From the IMG/VR virus record IMGVR_UViG_3300025674_000015: a DNA stretch of 64,000 nucleotides. The stretch is one strand, 5' to 3'. Positions 39,315 through 48,107 of the stretch are shown one piece after another (within the stretch, counting starts at the first letter, position 1; each line of letters begins with the position of its first letter). The notes beneath the pieces were generated by a model, which searched no databases, was not told the DNA's origin, and was given only the letters and a program-made list of their open reading frames with translations. This DNA is from a virus. The position numbers and the translations under genes were made by a program.

Positions 39315-39338
39315 TTTATTTTTAAAGGAGAAACTAAA

Positions 39339-40229
39339 ATGGGTAATCGAAGATTAGGAACAAAAAGATTAGAATCTGTTTTGGACAACATGCTTTCTCA
39401 TTCTACTTTGAATGGTTTGAATGGTAGTCCTTTTAGTATTAGAAATCCGGATAGAATTTATCTGGAAGAGTTTTTTAAACGACGACCCTCGCTTAACGCC
39501 GATCTTACAAACGCGACAGAGGCCACTCGAATGGTTGCAAACCCGGACTGGGAATTACTTGGCAGCTCTGGGGGCGGTGCAGTTGCTACTGGCGATGCTA
39601 CATTTGACGGACCTACCGGTCTTCTCAAATTAAATCTCGATGCAACCGATCAAGATGCGGTAACTTTGTTTCCTCACCAAGACTCAAACCAAAGTAAATG
39701 GGCCGTGGCTGGCATGTGGGGCTCTGAAAACCAAGTAGAATTTGAATGCTTGATTAGAACCGGGGACAATATCGCAACGCAAACTATCTTTGCAGGATTA
39801 AAACTCGCAGATGATTCTGGGAATAATTATGCATATGCAACTGACTCTGATCAAGTTTGTTTTTGGTATTCCACCGATGATACCGAGGGTGCGTTTACTA
39901 CAAATGCCAACCTGCATTGTATTGTTAGTTCCGGTGGTGACGATTATATTTCTGACTTGGGAATTGAATTAGCTAGTGATACGAATTATCGCTTGGGAAT
40001 TACCTTTGATGCCCAGAGAAGACCTTCTGCATGGGTTAATGGTGTACAATACAGCTTGACGTCTGCCACGACAGCTGGAGGGGTAACAACCGGCGTTGGT
40101 ACTGTTAAAGGCCCCGCGCTAGCAGACGATAAAGATCTTTTCCCTACGGCTGGGATCGTTGCTCGTGATGCAGCCGCAAGACATATGTATGTGGGATACT
40201 TTAAGTGTTCTAGAATTGTTTTTGAATAA
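39339..40229 (+). CDS. Hypothetical virion protein (lectin/ConA-like beta sandwich suspected)
   Basis: AAGGAG RBS; beta-strand pattern YRLGITFD...AWVNGV. Confidence 0.5.
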   Translation: MGNRRLGTKRLESVLDNMLSHSTLNGLNGSPFSIRNPDRIYLEEFFKRRPSLNADLTNATEATRMVANPDWELLGSSGGGAVATGDATFDGPTGLLKLNLDATDQDAVTLFPHQDSNQSKWAVAGMWGSENQVEFECLIRTGDNIATQTIFAGLKLADDSGNNYAYATDSDQVCFWYSTDDTEGAFTTNANLHCIVSSGGDDYISDLGIELASDTNYRLGITFDAQRRPSAWVNGVQYSLTSATTAGGVTTGVGTVKGPALADDKDLFPTAGIVARDAAARHMYVGYFKCSRIVFE

Positions 40230-40262
40230 TATTCAAAATTGAAATAAAAAGGAGAGTTTGTA

Positions 40263-40571
40263 ATGGGCAAGAATAGGAGAGAGGCGGAAAAGAAAAGACA
40301 AGAAGAGTCTAGAAGAAGACTTCTTGAGGAAAGACTAGCCGCAAAAAAAGCCGAGGATGAGCAGCCAAAGGTTGTTATCGTCGATGAAAAGCCAAAAACT
40401 GAAGAGTTAAAAGTTGAAGTCGAGCTTGAAGATAAAAAAGGTTGTGATGACTGTGGAGATTGTGAAGATTGCGATCAGAAAAGTCAAAAACCTTCTCCGA
40501 AGCCCAAAACAAACTCTAAAAAAAGAACCACAAGAAAGAAAGCAGCCCCTAAGAAAACTTCAAAAGAATGA
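40263..40571 (+). CDS. Charged low-complexity protein with CxxC-CxxC
   Basis: CDDCGDCEDC; Lys-rich tail. Confidence 0.6.
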   Translation: MGKNRREAEKKRQEESRRRLLEERLAAKKAEDEQPKVVIVDEKPKTEELKVEVELEDKKGCDDCGDCEDCDQKSQKPSPKPKTNSKKRTTRKKAAPKKTSKE

Positions 40572-40593
40572 AACGCATAACCATAGCCTCCTT

Positions 40594-40601
40594 ACTAGTT
40601 A
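40594..40601 (+). promoter_or_regulatory. Putative late promoter ACTAGTTA
   Basis: Intergenic, before the neck gene. Confidence 0.5.
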
Positions 40602-40633
40602 TAGTAAATTGATTTAAAAGGAGGCTAAGTTTC

Positions 40634-41923
40634 ATGGCCATTCCAACATTAACACCAGCCAGTGTCTCAAGTAAATCTATCCTTCCAGCTACAGGATCTC
40701 CCGGAGATGTAACTGAAGCTAATTTGCCTTTTGGAATTTATGCAAAAGATGGAAAATTAGCTAGCACCGATTTCATGTCCGGAGCGGCAGAACAAGTTGC
40801 ATACACATATAGAAAGCTTGGAGGAGACGTTTTAGATATTGAATTGGCAGCACAACAAGTTTATGCTGCTTATGAAGAATCTGTCTTAGAATACTCTTAC
40901 ATTATAAACCTACACCAATCTAAAAACGCCGTATCAAGCCTTTTAAGCAACACAACGGGCACATTTGACCACAAGGGTGAGTTGGTCACCGGAGACGCCT
41001 TGTCGAGCTCCCTAGGGGACGGGAACGTTGCCTTAAAGTATCCTCGGTTTGAGTATGGATACTCTAGAAGGGTAGCACATGGGGTTTCCAGTGAACAAAT
41101 GATGGGAGACCACAAAACAATCTATTCAGCTTCCATTGCAGTTACCGGTGGAGTTCAAGATTATGACCTCCAAGACATTGCAGAACGCGCTGTTGGTAAT
41201 GTTTCACCGGTCGCCATTCCAAGTTTGAACAACAAAAAGATCACAGTTCGAAGAGTTTATTATATCTCTCCAAGAGCTATCTGGAGATTTTATGGTTACT
41301 ATGGCGGCTTGGGTGTTGTTGGAAACTTGACAACATACGGTCAATATTCAGACGATTCAACGTTCCAGATCGTTCCTGTTTGGCACAACAAAGCTCAAGC
41401 AGCAGCTTTTGAGGATGCAATGAGAACAAGAACGTCTCATTATTCTTATGAACTAAGAAACAATAGGATCAGGCTGTTTCCAGTTCCAGACAACTTCGGC
41501 CCAGACAATGTTTGGTTTGAGTTTCACGTCTCAGATAACGCATGGGAAGAGACATCCGATAGAAAATATGGCGCAGATGGAGTTAACAATTTGAATACAC
41601 TTCCATTTGCCAATATTAGATATGAAAATATCAACTCTATTGGTAAGCAGTGGATTCGAAGATATGCTTTGGCTTTGACGAAAGAAATGCTTGGTCACAT
41701 TCGAGGTAAGTTTGGAGCTATTCCACTTCCCGGAGATCAAGTTACTTTGAACGCGGCAGAGCTTTTGTCTTCATCAAAAGAAGAAATGACAAAACTAAAA
41801 GAAGAACTAAACAAGATCTTGGATGAAACAACTTATGACAAGCTGATTGAAAAAGAAGCTGCCATGTCTGAGAACACTACAAAATTGTTTGATGACATTC
41901 CAGTTGGAATCTTCATGGGCTAA
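40634..41923 (+). CDS. Neck protein (T4 gp13-like)
   Basis: RKLGGDVLDIEL; WIRRYALAL.KEMLG.IRGKF..IPLPG..VTLN. Confidence 0.8.
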   Translation: MAIPTLTPASVSSKSILPATGSPGDVTEANLPFGIYAKDGKLASTDFMSGAAEQVAYTYRKLGGDVLDIELAAQQVYAAYEESVLEYSYIINLHQSKNAVSSLLSNTTGTFDHKGELVTGDALSSSLGDGNVALKYPRFEYGYSRRVAHGVSSEQMMGDHKTIYSASIAVTGGVQDYDLQDIAERAVGNVSPVAIPSLNNKKITVRRVYYISPRAIWRFYGYYGGLGVVGNLTTYGQYSDDSTFQIVPVWHNKAQAAAFEDAMRTRTSHYSYELRNNRIRLFPVPDNFGPDNVWFEFHVSDNAWEETSDRKYGADGVNNLNTLPFANIRYENINSIGKQWIRRYALALTKEMLGHIRGKFGAIPLPGDQVTLNAAELLSSSKEEMTKLKEELNKILDETTYDKLIEKEAAMSENTTKLFDDIPVGIFMG

Positions 41924-41935
41924 GGAGTTTAAACA

Positions 41936-42427
41936 ATGTCAACAAAAAACAAATGGGAAAGACAAGATGCTCCACCACCTCCTCTTTTCTTGGGGCAAAA
42001 AGAAAGAGATCTAGTTAAACAAGTCAATGACGAAGTTTTAGAAAGAGTCATTGGGCAAACTATCATCTATTATCCTATTGATCAAAACATAACACAGTTT
42101 CATAACCTCTATGGAGAAGCTATTGAAAAAAGTTATCTTCCTCCGATCAGAGTGCATGCTATGGTTAAGTACGATAGCCAAACAACTACAACTACCAGAT
42201 ATGGAATCGAAAGGTTGGAGTCTATTTCTGTTGGCTTTCATAAACGAAGATTGACAGAAGACCAAGATCTTTATGTTCGTGAAGGTGATTTTATTCTCCA
42301 TGGAGAGCTTTTCTATGAGATCACAACCCTAGCCGAACCTAAATGGCTTTTTGGAAGAACAGAACACAGATTTGAAATATCTGCAAAATGCAGAATAGCA
42401 AGAGAGGGTTTGTTCAATGGCAGATGA
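41936..42427 (+). CDS. Neck/head-closure protein (gp14-like)
   Basis: LYGEA, REGDFI, synteny. Confidence 0.65.
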   Translation: MSTKNKWERQDAPPPPLFLGQKERDLVKQVNDEVLERVIGQTIIYYPIDQNITQFHNLYGEAIEKSYLPPIRVHAMVKYDSQTTTTTRYGIERLESISVGFHKRRLTEDQDLYVREGDFILHGELFYEITTLAEPKWLFGRTEHRFEISAKCRIAREGLFNGR

Positions 42428-43361
42428 CAATACTTTTGAATCTGATTGGGATCGCTTGCCTGATCAGGTTGTTGACGAAAGAATCAAAGAAATTTGGAGA
42501 AAGTCTCAGTTAAAAGAACTTCACCCTTCAAATATTGAAAACATTGATGCAGCCCTTTATGAATGGTTGAACAACAAAATGGATCTTCATGCAGTTTCAA
42601 ACAAAGGCGCAAAGAAAGTTCCTGTTATCTGGGCTGGAGCGGAAAGAACTCTGCAATCTAAAAGAGATCCAGAAGAAAGAAGACAAGACGGCGCTTTGAT
42701 TTATCCCCTAATCACTTTGGAAAGAACTGCAATTTCAAAAAGTTTGACTAGAAAAGGAATCTATTACGGAGATATTCCGCCAGAGAATGATTACAGAAAA
42801 GGATCAATAAAGATCTCTAGAAGAATCAACCAAGACAAAACACAGAACTTTGCAAACGCTGATGCTCGAAGGTTTGAAGGGGAAACTTCTGCCCCTGTTA
42901 AAAAAGGAATTATCAACTTTAAAACAAGAAAGAAAAACAACAAAATTGTTTTTGAAACTTTGACTGTTCCAATGATTGTTTATGTTGACATTCAATATTC
43001 TATCAATATTCGAACAGAATATCAACAACAAATGAATGAATTAGTTGAACCTTTCTTGGTTTATACAGGTGGTGTCAACTATTTTGTATTAGAAAGAAAC
43101 GATCATCGATACGAATGCTTTGTTCAAGAAGCATATACCGGCCAAAATAACTTGAACAGCATGGGCGATGAAGCTAGAAACTTTGAAACAAATATCAACA
43201 TTAAAACTTTGGGATATGTTTTTGGTTCGGGAAATAACCAAGAAACTCCAAAGGTTACAAAAAGAGAGAACGCAGTAGAATTCAAAATGCCTAGGGAAAG
43301 AGTTGTGGTTAGGCAAAGTCAAGAGTATAACGACATAACTAGATCTAAATATAAGATCTAA
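42417..43361 (+). CDS. Tail terminator / sheath stabiliser (gp15-like)
   Basis: KVPVIW, YPLITLER, QQMNELVE; position before sheath. Confidence 0.65.
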   Translation: MADDNTFESDWDRLPDQVVDERIKEIWRKSQLKELHPSNIENIDAALYEWLNNKMDLHAVSNKGAKKVPVIWAGAERTLQSKRDPEERRQDGALIYPLITLERTAISKSLTRKGIYYGDIPPENDYRKGSIKISRRINQDKTQNFANADARRFEGETSAPVKKGIINFKTRKKNNKIVFETLTVPMIVYVDIQYSINIRTEYQQQMNELVEPFLVYTGGVNYFVLERNDHRYECFVQEAYTGQNNLNSMGDEARNFETNINIKTLGYVFGSGNNQETPKVTKRENAVEFKMPRERVVVRQSQEYNDITRSKYKI

Positions 43362-43380
43362 TTCTATTGGTCTAATTTAG

Positions 43381-43397
43381 CACTATTTATATTTAAA
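43381..43397 (+). promoter_or_regulatory. Putative late promoter CACTATTTATATTTAAA
   Basis: Identical 17-mer also at 48071. Confidence 0.65.
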
Positions 43398-43427
43398 GTT
43401 CGTTCTCAATATTAAGGAGAAGATAGA

Positions 43428-46352
43428 ATGTCATCTAGAAAATTTAAATTTATTAGCCCCGGGGTTTTCACTAGAGAAGTCGATCAGTCACAAGTGCCCT
43501 CCTTGGCTGATGGAATCGGCCCGGCGGTTATCGGCCTTGCAACAAAAGGCCCAGCACTTGTCCCAATCCAAGTGAGCAGCTACAAAGAATTTGTTGAAAC
43601 ATTTGGCGAGCCTTATCCTGCTTCCACTTATAGTGATGTTTGGCGAGAGCCCGGCTATGCAGTACCTTCTTACGCTGCATATGCTGCAAAAGCTTACCTT
43701 CGCAATGGGGCTCCTCTCACTTTTGTTCGATTGCTAGGAGATAGGAAGCCTAGTTCTGAAACTGGTGCAGCTTCTTATGCTGGGTGGAAAATCGGAGAAG
43801 GAGCAACCACAGCAGCTTCAACCAATGGCGGAGCCTATGGTCTTTTTATTTTCCCTTCTGGTTCCTTGATCTCCGGTGCACCAACCGGTAAAAAAACCGC
43901 AACTTCACCCGGAGCCCTAGGAGCGGTTTTTTATGTTAATGCTGGTGGGATTGCTCTTAAGCACGAAGAGCAGACTCCTATGGGCTTGGCATCGGGTCAA
44001 TCAACTGCTGCTCTGGTCTCATGTTCAGTGGCTTCACCTGCCGGGCCCGGCGGGGAGTGGGACATTAGTATTTTTGATGATTCTGGGGCCAATACTGAAA
44101 ATATTAAATTTAACTTTTCTAAGGATTCTCCAAAATATATTCGAAAAGTTTTCAACACTGATCCGACTAAGCTGAATAGTACAATTAACTCTTCTACCAA
44201 GACTTATTTCTTAGGTGAAACTTATGCTTCTCATTTGGAAGAGGTTGTTACTGCTGCTAGCGCTTCAAGTGGTAAATTATTTGCAACCATTTTGGCTTTG
44301 CAATCTGCTTCTGCTGACTATAATTATGCAGAAAAAAGAATGGGGCTAGCCCATGCTAGTACAGGGTGGGTCTTTTCTCAGGCAACCACCCTTGCACAGG
44401 CGATTCCGTCAGCTAACCAAAAATTGTTCAAGTTTCATGCGATCAACGCCGGCGATTATGATCAGTCTAAGATCAAAGTTTCAATTGATAATATTAAATA
44501 CTCGAAAAATCCGGATGCAACGCAGTATGGCTCTTTTGACGTTGTTGTTCGCCACATTGCCGACTTTGATCATAAAAAAGTTGAGCTTGAAAGATTCTCA
44601 AACGTCAATATTAATCCAAGATCTGACAAGTATATTGCAAAAGTAATTGGAGATGTGTCGTATGAATGGGATTATTCCCAAAGGCGATATCGCGAGCTTG
44701 GCAAGTTTGCTAATAACTCAAAGTATATTCGTGTTGAAATGAACGAAGATGTCGAAAAAGCCGCTGTAACTCAAGAGCTTCTACCATTTGGATATTATTC
44801 TGCCCCTAGGTTGAAAAACTTTACCCTTATGTCTGGTTCTACTAAAGTATTTACCGAAGGGCAGACGGACGTTGATAGTGGAACAGAATCGACATATCAT
44901 TTTGCTTACGGTGCAGATGATATTTTCAAAGCCAAATATCTTACACATACCGGTCAGGATTTTATCTTTGTTGGTAACACATCTACTTTTACCGGTTCTG
45001 TTTCTTTTCCAAAACTTAAAAACCGAGTTAAAACAAACAACGATCTCAACTTGAGAAAAAGGACGGATGCTTATTTTGGATTTGATGTTCGAAAGTCTCA
45101 AACCAGCACTAGTCCAGTTTTTGATGAAGATGTTGTTGATATTTTAAGAAAACTTCCCGGAACTGTCCCGGCTGCATCGCAAGTTACAACGGACTATTTC
45201 TCATTGGACGAAGTAAAGCAAATTTCTTCAGATCCGGCAGAGTATGAGTGGGAGTTGGATTCATGGTTATATACAACTTCATATACAAATGCTCAAGGCT
45301 CTTATAAAGCTATTTTGGATGTTGGTCATGACAAGTTCACCATGCCCCTGTTTGGTGGTTTTGATGGGTTGAATATTACTGAAAGAAATCCGTTCCGGAA
45401 CAATCAGTGGACGTCAAACTCAAACGAACTTAATAGTTCCACGTTTAGTTCAGTTGTTCGAGCAATTGACTCTGTTTCAGATCCAGATGTTGTTGATATG
45501 AATATTCTTTCTGTCCCGGGGATTTGGAATGAGCAGCTAACTAACAAAGTTATCAATGTTTGTGAGCAAAGGCAAGATGCTCTTGGGATTATCGACATTG
45601 AGGGTGGATATACGCCTTCAACAGATACCTCCAGCGCAGAAACCAGCAGAACAGGCTCTGTTTCTGCAACTACTTCTTCTATTGAGTCTCGAAGGTTAAA
45701 CTCCAGCTTTGCTGCTGCTTATTATCCTTGGGTTTTGATTCGCGATGAATCAAACGGTTCGAATGTTTGGGTTCCGCCTTCGGTTGCAGCTTTGGGAACC
45801 ATGGCTTACACTGAAGCTACTTCCGAGCTTTGGTTCGCCCCTGCTGGATTTAATAGAGGTGGCCTTTCCCAAGGTACTTCTGGTTTGACTGTTATTGGAG
45901 TTAGAGACAAGTTGACCAGCGATGATAGAGACGACCTCTACGCTGTTAATGTTAACCCCATTGCTTCTTTCCCCGCAGAAGGGATTGTTATCTTTGGTCA
46001 GAAAACTCTTCAAGCAACTCCAAGTGCTTTGGATAGAATCAACGTTCGAAGACTGCTTATCTTCTTGAAGAAGAGAATCTCTAGAATTGCAAATACCATT
46101 CTCTTTGACCAGAACGTTAAGCAAACTTGGGATCGATTCAAAGGCATTGTTGAGCCTTTCTTGGAGTCTGTCAAGAACCGACTTGGTTTGGCAGAATACA
46201 AACTGATTCTGGATGAAACTACAACTACTCCAGACCTTGTTGATAGAAATATTCTTTATGCAAAGGTTTATCTTAAGCCGGCAAGAGCTATTGAATTTAT
46301 TGCTTTGGACTTCTTTATTACAAACTCCGGAGCAAGTTTCGAAGACCTTTAA
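43428..46352 (+). CDS. Tail sheath protein
   Basis: ISPGVFTREVDQS, WFAPAGFNRG, GQKTLQ, DRINVRRL, KPARAIEFI. Confidence 0.95.
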   Translation: MSSRKFKFISPGVFTREVDQSQVPSLADGIGPAVIGLATKGPALVPIQVSSYKEFVETFGEPYPASTYSDVWREPGYAVPSYAAYAAKAYLRNGAPLTFVRLLGDRKPSSETGAASYAGWKIGEGATTAASTNGGAYGLFIFPSGSLISGAPTGKKTATSPGALGAVFYVNAGGIALKHEEQTPMGLASGQSTAALVSCSVASPAGPGGEWDISIFDDSGANTENIKFNFSKDSPKYIRKVFNTDPTKLNSTINSSTKTYFLGETYASHLEEVVTAASASSGKLFATILALQSASADYNYAEKRMGLAHASTGWVFSQATTLAQAIPSANQKLFKFHAINAGDYDQSKIKVSIDNIKYSKNPDATQYGSFDVVVRHIADFDHKKVELERFSNVNINPRSDKYIAKVIGDVSYEWDYSQRRYRELGKFANNSKYIRVEMNEDVEKAAVTQELLPFGYYSAPRLKNFTLMSGSTKVFTEGQTDVDSGTESTYHFAYGADDIFKAKYLTHTGQDFIFVGNTSTFTGSVSFPKLKNRVKTNNDLNLRKRTDAYFGFDVRKSQTSTSPVFDEDVVDILRKLPGTVPAASQVTTDYFSLDEVKQISSDPAEYEWELDSWLYTTSYTNAQGSYKAILDVGHDKFTMPLFGGFDGLNITERNPFRNNQWTSNSNELNSSTFSSVVRAIDSVSDPDVVDMNILSVPGIWNEQLTNKVINVCEQRQDALGIIDIEGGYTPSTDTSSAETSRTGSVSATTSSIESRRLNSSFAAAYYPWVLIRDESNGSNVWVPPSVAALGTMAYTEATSELWFAPAGFNRGGLSQGTSGLTVIGVRDKLTSDDRDDLYAVNVNPIASFPAEGIVIFGQKTLQATPSALDRINVRRLLIFLKKRISRIANTILFDQNVKQTWDRFKGIVEPFLESVKNRLGLAEYKLILDETTTTPDLVDRNILYAKVYLKPARAIEFIALDFFITNSGASFEDL

Positions 46353-46369
46353 TAAAATTGAAATGATTT

Positions 46370-46377
46370 ACTAGTTA
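46370..46377 (+). promoter_or_regulatory. Putative late promoter ACTAGTTA
   Basis: Intergenic, before the tube gene. Confidence 0.55.
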
Positions 46378-46405
46378 ATAGTAAAATTAAAAGGAGAACT
46401 TAAAA

Positions 46406-47047
46406 ATGGCATTCTGGACTCAGACAACGCCGGGAACGAGAGACCCAAAAAGAGATTTTAGATTTTTACTACAAGTGCCCGGAGTCGCAGAACCATGGGC
46501 AGTTAAATCAGCGGCAAAACCTAATTGGACTGTAGGTGAAACTCCGCACAATTTTATCAACCATAAGTTTAAATTTCCGGGTAGAATTACTTGGAGTGAT
46601 GTTCAAGTAGTATTGGTCGACCCAATCGAGCCTTATGATACTACTCTGGGCGTTATGCAATGGCTTAAAACTGCTGGATATAGAATTCCTACTACTGGCA
46701 CTGCAAATGAGCCATATTCGCTGGCGAAGTCGAAAGCAGTATTCAACAACCCCGAACATCGCTTTGGCGCGCCTAATGGCCAAGGCCCAGCTTCAGGCGG
46801 CAACTTTGTTTTGAAGCAGATTGATGCGGAAGGAAATTCTGTTGATGAATGGACTCTTTTTAATGCATGGATTAAAGGCTTTTCAGTCTCGCAAAGTAAC
46901 TATGAAAGTGACAATATGCAACAGATCACTTTAACGATCGCATATGACTACGCAAACTATGAACACAAACTTAAGCAAGTTAATACTGCTTGGAAAGAAG
47001 AAGGTGTTCCAATCAATGATTATACCATCCCCGGAAACAAACAATAA
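46406..47047 (+). CDS. Tail tube protein (gp19-like)
   Basis: PKRDFRF, FPGRITWSD, EWTLFNAWI, ITLTIAYDYA. Confidence 0.85.
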   Translation: MAFWTQTTPGTRDPKRDFRFLLQVPGVAEPWAVKSAAKPNWTVGETPHNFINHKFKFPGRITWSDVQVVLVDPIEPYDTTLGVMQWLKTAGYRIPTTGTANEPYSLAKSKAVFNNPEHRFGAPNGQGPASGGNFVLKQIDAEGNSVDEWTLFNAWIKGFSVSQSNYESDNMQQITLTIAYDYANYEHKLKQVNTAWKEEGVPINDYTIPGNKQ

Positions 47048-47059
47048 TAAGAGGAATAA

Positions 47060-47881
47060 ATGAGAAACAACCAAGAAAGACTTAATCCCACCCAATTCCA
47101 ACAACCACAACAGCCTCAGCCTCAAGGGGTTTTTTCCTTTGCAGTTCCAACAGAATTTGTTGAACTTCCTAGTAAAGGAAAGTATTATCCAGAGGGGCAC
47201 CCTCTTCACATGGTTAAAGAGGTAGAAATCAAACACATGACAGCAAAAGATGAAGATATTTTGTCTTCGCAATCTCTTATTGAAAGAGGGATCGCGCTAG
47301 AAAGGCTTCTTCAGAATATTTTGATCGATAAAAGGATTGATGTTAATTCACTTTTAAAAGGAGATAAAAATGCTTTGCTGATCGCTTGTAGAAAATATGG
47401 GTATGGTGTTGACTATGAGGCATCGATTATTTGTAATGATTGTTATAAAAGTTCTTCTTTCTTCTTTGACATATCCGGATGGAAAGCCAAAGAAAAGCAA
47501 GAAGATGAGCAATTTCAATACGTGGAAAAAGATTTACTTTTTCACACTCAACTTCCAAATTCGAAAGTTAATGTTTCTTTTAAACTTTTAAATTCTATAG
47601 AGCAGAAAAGATTGGAACAAAAAATCCTAGACAATGATGGAGAAAATGGAAGTAATTTTCTTTTGTCAATTCTAAATTCAGTCGAAGAATATACAGATAT
47701 TCAATCTTTTCGAAATTTTGTTGAGCATATCCCAGTTAAAGATGCTGTCTATCTTCGTTCATTGTACAAACATGTAGAGCCCAACATTGAAACCACTTCT
47801 CACTTTAAGTGCTCAAATTGTGGCCATGAAGAGGACGTGGAGGTTCCTCTAGGTGTTGGCTTTTTTTGGCCTGACATCTGA
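47060..47881 (+). CDS. Baseplate-hub / tail assembly chaperone
   Basis: VELPSKG.YY, MTAKDEDIL, CxxC pairs, FFWP C-terminus. Confidence 0.75.
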   Translation: MRNNQERLNPTQFQQPQQPQPQGVFSFAVPTEFVELPSKGKYYPEGHPLHMVKEVEIKHMTAKDEDILSSQSLIERGIALERLLQNILIDKRIDVNSLLKGDKNALLIACRKYGYGVDYEASIICNDCYKSSSFFFDISGWKAKEKQEDEQFQYVEKDLLFHTQLPNSKVNVSFKLLNSIEQKRLEQKILDNDGENGSNFLLSILNSVEEYTDIQSFRNFVEHIPVKDAVYLRSLYKHVEPNIETTSHFKCSNCGHEEDVEVPLGVGFFWPDI

Positions 47882-48056
47882 ATATATGAAAAATGTTTAT
47901 GAGCAATTTTTCTTTTTGCAATATCATGGGAATTGGTCATTTTTAGAAGCTTATAACCTACCTGTTGGTTTGAGGCGATTTTTTGTTGAAAAGTTAATGG
48001 AACAAAAAGAAGCCGAGGCCAAACCATTCGAAGAATCTTCAGAGAAGCTCTCCTAA
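47862..48056 (+). CDS. Frameshift extension of the tail chaperone (GT-like) or small separate ORF
   Basis: Overlaps the upstream gene in the +1 frame at a T7 run; FFGL...YNLPV..RRFF. Confidence 0.55.
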   Translation, partial: FFGLTSEYMKNVYEQFFFLQYHGNWSFLEAYNLPVGLRRFFVEKLMEQKEAEAKPFEESSEKLS

Positions 48057-48070
48057 TTAAAATTTAAAAT

Positions 48071-48087
48071 CACTATTTATATTTAAA
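48071..48087 (+). promoter_or_regulatory. Putative late promoter CACTATTTATATTTAAA
   Basis: Identical to 43381-43397. Confidence 0.65.
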
Positions 48088-48107
48088 AATAAGAAGGATC
48101 ATGAGGA

